A stretch of DNA of 63,879 nt, counting the filler, from an uncultured bacterium (GTDB lineage Bacteria > CAYJRR01), in NCBI GenBank assembly GCA_964372275.1. It is 4 parts of 4 records of this genome, joined end to end, with 100 filler letters (N's around TTAATTAATTAA, not from the genome) between each part and the next. Parts side by side here need not be neighbours in the genome. Positions count along the whole stretch, not along the records: positions 36,733 to 54,723 come from CAYJRR010000093.1; 3 more parts are not named here. One strand, 5' to 3'. A program made the position numbers and the translations under genes. Positions 46,299-54,823 of this stretch are shown here, one piece after another. Below the pieces are notes generated by a model that was given only the letters and a program-made list of their open reading frames with translations, had not been told where the DNA came from and ran no database searches. How positions within the stretch are numbered: the first letter of the stretch is position 1; each line of letters opens with the position of its first letter.

Positions 46299-47212
46299 GC
46301 CACCTCGCGCTCCAGCGACTCGTCGTGCGCCTGCGATTCGATCCGGCGTTCGCCTCGCGCGTCTTCCCGGCGACCGGAGCGGCTCGCGCCGGCGGCCCGC
46401 CGGCGCGCCAGGTCCTCGAGGCGGAGGGCCTCGCCGAGGACGAGGTCCGCTGGCTGACCGCGACCGACCCGCGCGCCTTCCGCGTCGATCCGCTGGTCCG
46501 CCCGCGCACGCTGGCGGTCCTGATCGAGGAGTTCCCCGCGTCCTGCGCGCTCGCCGCGCGCTCGGCACCACGGGACGACGGCGGGGTGCGTTCGCTCGAC
46601 GCGTTCTTCTCCACCCCCGCGTTCCACGACGCGATCCGCCGCGGCGACTCCCTCGCCCTCGCCTTCGGCGCCTGGATCGAGAGCCGCCTTCGCGCCGCTG
46701 CGCCGATCGCCCGCCTGGAGACCGCGCTCGCCGCCGTGCGCCGCGCAGTCGAATCCGGGACCGCGGCCAGCTCCGTCGCCAGAGCCGAAGCCCTATCCGT
46801 CACCGCGCCGGGTCCCGGCATCGCGACCGATCCCGCGCCGATCCGACTCGTCCTCGGCCGCCACGCCGGCCTGGTCTCGATTCCGCCGGGCACCCCCGCC
46901 GTGCGGCAATCGATCGTCGCCTCCCTTCGGCCCGATCCCACCACGGCGATCGCCGCCGGCCTCACCTCCCTCCCGAGCCTCGACGCCGCCGGCGAGGCCG
47001 AAGTCGACCACCTGGTGGTGGCCGGCGACGGCGGCGCGATCGTCGTGGAGGAGCTCCCGCCGTCGTTGGCGGCCTTGCTCCGCTTCGCGAGCCTCCCGCG
47101 CTCGTTCGAAGCGCTCACGGAGGAGGCGGGTCGCCTCGGCGCCGAGGAAGACGAGGCGCCGGAGATCGTCGGCGGGCTGCTGCGCGATCGCCTTCTGACG
47201 GACGCGGAGTGA
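46295..47212 (+). CDS. Putative MNIO partner protein
   Basis: GTGA overlap; MSHLALQRLVVRLRFDPAFA; EEFPAS; IARLE; C-terminal wHTH/RRE-like segment (LAALLRFA...EIVGGLLRDRLL). Confidence 0.7.
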   Translation: MSHLALQRLVVRLRFDPAFASRVFPATGAARAGGPPARQVLEAEGLAEDEVRWLTATDPRAFRVDPLVRPRTLAVLIEEFPASCALAARSAPRDDGGVRSLDAFFSTPAFHDAIRRGDSLALAFGAWIESRLRAAAPIARLETALAAVRRAVESGTAASSVARAEALSVTAPGPGIATDPAPIRLVLGRHAGLVSIPPGTPAVRQSIVASLRPDPTTAIAAGLTSLPSLDAAGEAEVDHLVVAGDGGAIVVEELPPSLAALLRFASLPRSFEALTEEAGRLGAEEDEAPEIVGGLLRDRLLTDAE

Positions 47213-47217
47213 TCGTC

Positions 47218-47631
47218 CTACGAGCGCGTCAGGACGAAGGTGCCGTCGGTGGTGCAGTCGCCGCCGGTCTCCCCCTCGATCCGCTGCGCAGCCTCGTTCC
47301 AGGCGCCGAGCGCGAGGTCGGCCCCTTCGCAGCCAGCGGCGTAGACGAGCGACCAGTTGAATCCCCAGGTCCCTTCGGTGGTGAGGAAGTAGGAGGCCTC
47401 GAGCGGCGCCGTCTTGCTCGGCGTCGACCAGCTCCCGGTGAAGGTGCAGATCGAGTTGCCGCACTCGACGCCGGCGATCGTCACCGTCAGCGCCTCGCTC
47501 GACGCGGCCGTGTGGGTTCCGGTCCAGGTGCCGGTCCAGTCGGGAGGAGGCGGCGCCGACTCTTCGTCGTCGCCGCCGTCGGAGCATCCGGCAAGCGCGA
47601 TCAACAGCGTGGCCACGGCGATTCGAACCAT
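47218..47631 (-). CDS. Small beta-rich lipoprotein
   Basis: Lipobox LAGC; DWTGTWTG...GTFVLTR. Confidence 0.75.
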   Translation of the reverse strand: MVRIAVATLLIALAGCSDGGDDEESAPPPPDWTGTWTGTHTAASSEALTVTIAGVECGNSICTFTGSWSTPSKTAPLEASYFLTTEGTWGFNWSLVYAAGCEGADLALGAWNEAAQRIEGETGGDCTTDGTFVLTRS

Positions 47632-47721
47632 CGGCCCCCCCCCGGTTTCGGCACCCTTCATCTTCGTCCCTCGCATTCGATTCCGAACGAGGAGACGAGA
47701 ATAACGTTACGATCCCCGTCC

Positions 47722-49434
47722 ATGTCGCTACGGAATCGATGGCCGGCCGCCGCGGCGACAGTCGTGCTCGTTCTCTCCTTGTCCGCCTGCCGCGATCGAT
47801 CCCGCGGCTCGATCGCCGACGAGGACCCTTCCGAAGACGACTGGTGGCTACCCGCATGGGCGGTGGCGTCGACAAACGCCGGCTTCTTCGAGGAACGCCT
47901 CTACGACGAACGCATCGCCGCGCGGGCGGTCGACCTCTCCTGGAAGCAGTTGATGCCGACCCCCTCGAGCTTTGAGCCGCAAGCCGCGCTCGACGAGATC
48001 CCGTCCGACTACGAGGGGGACGAGGAGGCCGGATACCTCCCGTTCACCGCGCTCGACGCGCAGCTCGCCGGCGACGACCCCTACTGGATGCGCCTCTTCC
48101 TGAGCGATGTGCGGCTGGCCCCCGACTGGCTGACCGATGAATGCCCGGGGTTGGTGCCGATCCCCCTCGCCAGCTACCTGGGGGACGAGGACCTCCACTA
48201 CCCGATCTGGGATCCGTGCGTCTGGCCCCACGCGCGCGAGGTCTACCGCCGGATCCTGCTCGAGCAGGGACTCCGCTCCGACCCGCGGCTCGCCTTCGTC
48301 TACGTCCCGGGCGCCTTCAGCTACGTCGAGTTCGACTTCGAGCTGATCGACGCCTCCGGGGTCGAGGTCGACGACTTCCTCGCCTGGTTCGACGCGGCGA
48401 TCGACGACCTGGTGGAGATCATGGACGGCGAGAACGCCGACCCGTCCGACGACTACCATCACAAGCTCGTCTACACCGGCGAGGACTACCCGTTCAGCGA
48501 GCGATTCGGCACCGCCGACGATCTCCTCGCGCTCGCCGCGGTCGAAAAGGGGATGGGGATCCGCACCGGGATCACCGAGCTGTTCAACTTCCATCTCAAC
48601 CACGTCCCCGCCTACGGCACGGTCGTCGACTCGGCGGGCCGGATGGCGACCGACGAGACCTCCGCCGCCTTCGAACCGGGGAAGGTGCGCGCCACCGAGA
48701 ACGAGTGCTTCGACGACTGCGGCTTCCACACCGACCACCCCTACTACGCGGTGAAGATGGCCAACCTCAAGGCGCTCCAGCTTCGGATGAACTGGATCCT
48801 GCCCGGCGCGGAGCTCCTCGAGGAACGATTCCAGCCGCTCTGGAACTGGGTCGCCGTCGAGCTGGGGAAGACCCCGGCCGACAGCCCCGACGCCTGGGTC
48901 GCGCTCCGGCGGGCCGAGGACCGGAGCCTGTCCGACGTCGACCCTCCGCCGGTCGAACCGTGGCCCGACTTCCCCTTCGTGCGGAACTGGGAACGCTGGC
49001 TGGTGCAGCGCGACCTGGCGCCGGACGGGCTGACGCGAGATGGCCGCGAGGTGAGGCGCCGGGTGTTGGCGCCCGAGAACGGCGTCGCTGTCGAGGGCCG
49101 CGCGACGATCCACGACGAGGGGAGCGACTACCTCTACTTCGACGTCGACGACCGATTCCTGTTCGACCGCACGGCGCGGGTCGCGCTCTTCGTCACCTTC
49201 TTCGACGAGGGCGAGGCCACCTTCGAGGTCGAGTACGCCGCCGCCGGAGGATCCGGCGCCAAGCCCGTCGCCACCAAGACCGACACCGGCCGCTGGAAGA
49301 CGGCCTCGGTGGAGATCGACGACGCCATCTTCGACGGCTCGCTCGCCGGCGGACACGACTTCCGCCTGTACGGCGGCGGCGAGGAGGACCTCGAAGTGCG
49401 ATTCGTCCGCCTGGTGAAGCTCGACGGACCCTGA
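47722..49434 (+). CDS. Acidic lipoprotein, glycoside hydrolase-like barrel + C-terminal beta-sandwich
   Basis: Lipobox LSAC; DLSWKQLMP; APDWL; YPIWDP; ATENEC; YLYFDVDDRF...TGRWKT. Confidence 0.65.
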   Translation: MSLRNRWPAAAATVVLVLSLSACRDRSRGSIADEDPSEDDWWLPAWAVASTNAGFFEERLYDERIAARAVDLSWKQLMPTPSSFEPQAALDEIPSDYEGDEEAGYLPFTALDAQLAGDDPYWMRLFLSDVRLAPDWLTDECPGLVPIPLASYLGDEDLHYPIWDPCVWPHAREVYRRILLEQGLRSDPRLAFVYVPGAFSYVEFDFELIDASGVEVDDFLAWFDAAIDDLVEIMDGENADPSDDYHHKLVYTGEDYPFSERFGTADDLLALAAVEKGMGIRTGITELFNFHLNHVPAYGTVVDSAGRMATDETSAAFEPGKVRATENECFDDCGFHTDHPYYAVKMANLKALQLRMNWILPGAELLEERFQPLWNWVAVELGKTPADSPDAWVALRRAEDRSLSDVDPPPVEPWPDFPFVRNWERWLVQRDLAPDGLTRDGREVRRRVLAPENGVAVEGRATIHDEGSDYLYFDVDDRFLFDRTARVALFVTFFDEGEATFEVEYAAAGGSGAKPVATKTDTGRWKTASVEIDDAIFDGSLAGGHDFRLYGGGEEDLEVRFVRLVKLDGP

Positions 49435-49477
49435 GGCCCGGTCGGCTGCCGACGCGACGTCGCCCGGTCGCGAACGC

Positions 49478-49861
49478 CTAGCGTAGCGCGACGACGTCGA
49501 TCTCGACCCGGGCGTCCTTCGGGAGTCGGGCCGCCTGTACCGTCGACCGCGCCGGCTTCCACGCGCCGAAGTACTCGGCGTAGGCCTCGTTCATCGCGGA
49601 GAACTCGTTCATGTCGGCCAGGTAGACGGTGGTCTTCACCACCCGGTCGAGGCGGGTTCCCGCGGCGCCGAGCACCGCCTTGAGGTTCTCCAACACGCGC
49701 CGCGTCTGCTCCTTCACGTCGCCCGGCACCATCGCGCCGGTGGCCGGATCGAGCGCGATCTGGCCGGAAGTGAAGACGAGCTCCCCGGCCACGACGGCCT
49801 GGGAGTACGGGCCGATCGCGTCCGGGGCGCCGGGGGATCGTGTGGGGGTGGGGCGCGCCAT
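49478..49861 (-). CDS. ridA: RidA/YjgF family enamine deaminase
   Basis: [49 protein letters not shown]. Confidence 0.93.
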   Translation of the reverse strand: MARPTPTRSPGAPDAIGPYSQAVVAGELVFTSGQIALDPATGAMVPGDVKEQTRRVLENLKAVLGAAGTRLDRVVKTTVYLADMNEFSAMNEAYAEYFGAWKPARSTVQAARLPKDARVEIDVVALR

Positions 49862-49923
49862 GCGGAACTCTTACCATGGACGGCGCGACGGCGCCTGCAC
49901 CGATGCGCGCGCGGCCGTTTCGG

Positions 49924-50889
49924 TCACCGGATGAACGGTTCGTAGACGCCGGCGGTGACGTCGACCACCAACCACCGGTCGGTCTTCCCCTTCCGGACCA
50001 GGAACGAGTTTCCGGCGGCCTCCATTCCGGTCAGGGCGTCGGTCGCCACCCAACCGGAGACGAAGATCTTTCCGTCGTCCCCCGCGAACGCCCGCGCCCA
50101 TTCGACCACGCGGTCGACGTCGTCCTTGCTCGGACGTTCGTCGGTGTAGACGCCGGCCGCCAACAGCTCCCGCATCCGGTCGAAGGTCGAGGGGCGCACA
50201 CCGTGCGTTTTCCACTCGGCCGGCGGGTCTTCGGATTCGAAGTCGGCGCGCGCCTGGAGATCCTCCAGGAGTCGGCGCAGGTCGCGGCGCGTCGGAGCCG
50301 GCCCTTCCGCGCGGACACGGGTGGCGCCGATCGAGCCGGCAATCGGTGTCGCGCCGACCGCCTTCTCGATCGACGCGCGTCCGACGGCGCGGGTCTTGAA
50401 GCAGGTCGCCCCACGGGGGGCGCGCTCCCGGTCGATGCGACCGAGCCAATGGACGCTGCGAGTCCGAAGGTCGACGATTGCGCGGTGCACGCCGTAGTCG
50501 AACCGACCGGCCTCGCCGATCCGGACCGACACCGCCACGTAGTGGTCCCGGTCCTCTTCGGGCACCCGGAAATCGTCGAAATGGTCACCAAGCAGCTTCG
50601 CCGAGCCGCGTGCGGGGAACACGTTCTCCACCACCAGCCTGTCCCGAAGCGCCTTCCAGTCGGAGGGGTCGTGGGGGTCGGCCGTCAGGGAGGTTCCGGG
50701 GTTGTCGAAGTCGCCGGCGGCATGCCGGTACCCGCGCCGCGCCGAGCGGACGGCGAGTGCCGCCGCCCGTTCGAGGCGATCGGCGGCCTCGGCACGCGTC
50801 AGGGTGGACCCCAGCTCGGCCAGCGGATCGACGGCCCCCGGATCGCACGGAGCCGCGGCCAGTAGAACGGCGAAGAGAAGCGTCGTCAT
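49924..50889 (-). CDS. Hypothetical exported protein
   Basis: MTTLLFAVLLAAAPCDP; sigma54 motif just upstream. Confidence 0.65.
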   Translation of the reverse strand: MTTLLFAVLLAAAPCDPGAVDPLAELGSTLTRAEAADRLERAAALAVRSARRGYRHAAGDFDNPGTSLTADPHDPSDWKALRDRLVVENVFPARGSAKLLGDHFDDFRVPEEDRDHYVAVSVRIGEAGRFDYGVHRAIVDLRTRSVHWLGRIDRERAPRGATCFKTRAVGRASIEKAVGATPIAGSIGATRVRAEGPAPTRRDLRRLLEDLQARADFESEDPPAEWKTHGVRPSTFDRMRELLAAGVYTDERPSKDDVDRVVEWARAFAGDDGKIFVSGWVATDALTGMEAAGNSFLVRKGKTDRWLVVDVTAGVYEPFIR

Positions 50890-50903
50890 GGCCGGCCGCG
50901 CCG

Positions 50904-50920
50904 AGCAGAGCCCGTGCCAC
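50904..50920 (-). promoter_or_regulatory. Putative sigma54 (-24/-12) promoter
   Basis: GTGGCACGGGCTCTGCT on the minus strand, 15 nt before ATG 50889. Confidence 0.65.
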
Positions 50921-51041
50921 GCGCAACCCCCCGTCAACACATGCCGTGACCGGACGGACGCACGGAGACTCCATGTCCCGTGGAGACGCCGCTGCCCAGG
51001 CCGGACCGCAATGATGCGGCGCGACCGCCGGGTTCTCCGAA

Positions 51042-51545
51042 CTACCGTTCCGTGCCGGCGCCGGCCGCCGTGGACGAAGGCGATGCCGGCCGCCGACCGC
51101 GACCGGGATCGGCCGTCGGCTCGAATCGACCGGCGTTCGTGCCGGACCCGGGCATGCCCGGGGCGGGATCGACGGCCCGCCGGCGGCTCGACCGTTCACG
51201 GAAGTCCTCGCGAACGGTTCGAAAGACGTTCACCGTGACGACGACGAGACCGGCGGCGACCAATCCCGTTCCGACGACGACCGCCCCCAGCGCCAACGCG
51301 GGCGATGCCACCGTCAGCAGCACGGCCGACGCACCGACGCCCACGCCGAGCGCGCCGATCGCCAGCCCCTTCTGCACGTTCTCGTGGTACTCGTGTTGGC
51401 GGTACGAATTCTCGCTGCGGCGCGGGGGGGGCGTTCGATCCGGCACCGACGCCTGCGCCGTCGCCGCCATCCACGACACCACACACGCCATCGCCCACGC
51501 CCCCCGGCGCGCCCCGCGCGAAAGCCCCGTTGCCCTCCGGTCCAT
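51042..51545 (-). CDS. Hypothetical exported protein with Gly-rich hydrophobic hairpin
   Basis: GGAGG RBS; signal ending AQA|S; KGLAIGALGVGVG...GAVVVGTGLVAAGL. Confidence 0.55.
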   Translation of the reverse strand: MDRRATGLSRGARRGAWAMACVVSWMAATAQASVPDRTPPPRRSENSYRQHEYHENVQKGLAIGALGVGVGASAVLLTVASPALALGAVVVGTGLVAAGLVVVTVNVFRTVREDFRERSSRRRAVDPAPGMPGSGTNAGRFEPTADPGRGRRPASPSSTAAGAGTER

Positions 51546-51710
51546 CGGCCCCTCCCCTGTTTCGTGGAGATCGACCGCTGCAATCGGCCGGCCGGAGGTC
51601 GCCATCCGCAAGCACCCGTTCGATCGACGGTTTCGGCTCGGGACCGCGAATCGGTCGGTAACGCGACCTGCCAGCGCCGGGCGTCCCCATCCCGGAGGAC
51701 GGCAATGGAG

Positions 51711-51767
51711 AACTGGAAATGGAAAACCGACAACCGCCCGCCCAATGTCGGTTTTCCATTTCCAGTT
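51711..51767. repeat. AT-rich perfect 22-bp inverted repeat (copy 2 of the palindrome family)
   Basis: AACTGGAAATGGAAAACCGACA (51711-51732) / TGTCGGTTTTCCATTTCCAGTT (51746-51767); 50 nt downstream of the P1 peptidase stop. Confidence 0.88.
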
Positions 51768-51816
51768 TCCAATTCTCACATGTCGCGTCGTCCCCCTCCT
51801 GCGCCCTCTCGATAAA

Positions 51817-53163
51817 CTAAGACTTTGGTTTTTCTTCCTTGTCCGACCGTGTCGCCTTCACCGCCACCTCGCCGGTCCTCTCCACCGGCTCGGGCTTGAG
51901 CGTTCCCCCCTTGGTGATCGGCAGGCCGCGCGGGTGCGGAAGCGTTCCGGGGAGGACGTCGGGGCGGCGTTTGGCCGTCGCCAGCTCCTCGGGCGGCGTC
52001 GGCGGCGGCGGCTGGGCGCCGGGTCGAGGCGCATGATTGTAGCGTTTGAGGATCTCCACCATCCGGTCGAGCGGCAGCGCGTGGCTGACCACCCCGTTGA
52101 TCCCGTCCATCGTCGTCGCCATGCACAGCGAGTTGAGGATCGACTCCTCGGTCGCCTCGATCACCGCTTCGTAGAGCGGGTCCATGCGGTGGTCGAACAG
52201 CACCTCCAGCTGCGTCGTCATCTTGCGCGTGCCGCGCGCCACGCGGTTGGCGGTGGAGAAGGCGACGACGATCTCACCGCTGGTGTGCGAGGCGAAGGAA
52301 CCGGTGCGTCCGATCCCGAGCGCGGCGCGCTTGGCCAGCCGCGAGAGCTGGGTCGATAGGAGCGGCGCGTTGGTGGCGACCACCACGATGATCGACCCCT
52401 CGACGTGGCGCTTCGGCAGGTGGAAGTCGATCAGCTCCTCGCCGACCGGGACCCCCATCACCGAAAGATTTCGTCGAACGCCGAGGTTGGCCTGGACCAG
52501 CACCCCGACGGTGAAACCGCCGTGCTGCGCCGGCAGCACCCGGGAGCTGGTCCCGATCCCCGCCTTGAAGTCGAAGGCGTTCATCCCGGTCCCGGCGCCG
52601 ACCGCCCCCTCCGGAACGGGGCCCGCCGCCGCGCCGTTGATCGCATCGAAGACGTGGGTGTCGGTGACGTGCCGGCCCTTGGCGTCGTTCAGGTAGCTGT
52701 CGTCGCACTCGCCGACGACCGGGATGATCACGTCGTAGAACTCGCCGATCCCCGGATAGCGGTTGATCATGTACTTCACCGCGGCGTCCGAGACCTGCCC
52801 CACCGACATCGTGTTGGTGAGCAGGATCGGCGTCTCGATCAGCCCCCACTCCACCGCCTGCGTCAGCCCGGCCACCTCGCCGGCGCCGTTGAGCACGAAC
52901 GCCCCGGCCATCACCCGCTCGTCGAAGACGTTCCCCGAACAGGGGACGACCGCCGTGACGCCGGTCCGGACCGGCCCCTTCCCCGGAATCAGGCGACCTT
53001 GGCCGCGGACGATGGTGGAGTGACCGACCGCCACGCCCCGCACGTCGGTGATCGCGTTCAGCCTCCCGGTGGGGAAGCGGCCGATGGCGTACCCCAGGTC
53101 CCGAAACCGGAGGCGCGGAGCGGGCATCCGAATCGCTCCGCCGTCGCCGGGCTTGGGGTTCAT
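51817..53163 (-). CDS. P1/S58 family peptidase (DmpA-like aminopeptidase)
   Basis: NAITDV.GVAVGH; RTGVTAV; EGAVGAGTGM; FKAGIGTSSR; autocleavage-type G|SIIVVVATNAPL. Confidence 0.92.
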   Translation of the reverse strand: MNPKPGDGGAIRMPAPRLRFRDLGYAIGRFPTGRLNAITDVRGVAVGHSTIVRGQGRLIPGKGPVRTGVTAVVPCSGNVFDERVMAGAFVLNGAGEVAGLTQAVEWGLIETPILLTNTMSVGQVSDAAVKYMINRYPGIGEFYDVIIPVVGECDDSYLNDAKGRHVTDTHVFDAINGAAAGPVPEGAVGAGTGMNAFDFKAGIGTSSRVLPAQHGGFTVGVLVQANLGVRRNLSVMGVPVGEELIDFHLPKRHVEGSIIVVVATNAPLLSTQLSRLAKRAALGIGRTGSFASHTSGEIVVAFSTANRVARGTRKMTTQLEVLFDHRMDPLYEAVIEATEESILNSLCMATTMDGINGVVSHALPLDRMVEILKRYNHAPRPGAQPPPPTPPEELATAKRRPDVLPGTLPHPRGLPITKGGTLKPEPVERTGEVAVKATRSDKEEKPKS

Positions 53164-53221
53164 GGGTGCCCCATAGCGGAATCGGGGCGCCCGCGTCAAA
53201 CCGACGCTCCCGGCGTCCGTG

Positions 53222-53230
53222 TGCTATAGT
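53222..53230 (+). promoter_or_regulatory. Extended -10 promoter candidate for prkA
   Basis: TGCTATAGT (TGn-TATAGT) about 215 nt upstream of ATG 53446. Confidence 0.5.
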
Positions 53231-53445
53231 GGAAACAGGTCCTAACTTCGCAGCTTTCGCGGGTCGCCGTAGCGCCCCCAGACGCTTGGACCCGCCTCCG
53301 TGGCTCAGGCCCGTCGTACGGATCGGGACCCCCGCGCTCTTTTTCAAGACGCCGCCCGGCGTTGGACCCCCGACGGGGCTCAAAGCCGCCGGGCGTTTCA
53401 CGGCGTCGGTTCGGTTCGGTTGCGGCACCCCGGGAGGCCGTTCAC

Positions 53446-54723
<1,278 letters not shown>

Positions 54724-54823
54724 NNNNNNNNNNNNNNNNNNNNNNNNNNNNNNNNNNNNNNNNNNNNTTAATTAATTAANNNNNNNNNNNNNNNNNNNNN
54801 NNNNNNNNNNNNNNNNNNNNNNN
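54724..54823. other. Artificial contig-joining linker
   Basis: N44-TTAATTAATTAA-N44. Confidence 0.98.

Noticed and set aside
47218-47631. Cys-containing lipoprotein as precursor for the second MNIO
   Set aside because: Convergent orientation, looks like a folded beta protein with paired Cys, no precursor-like repeats.
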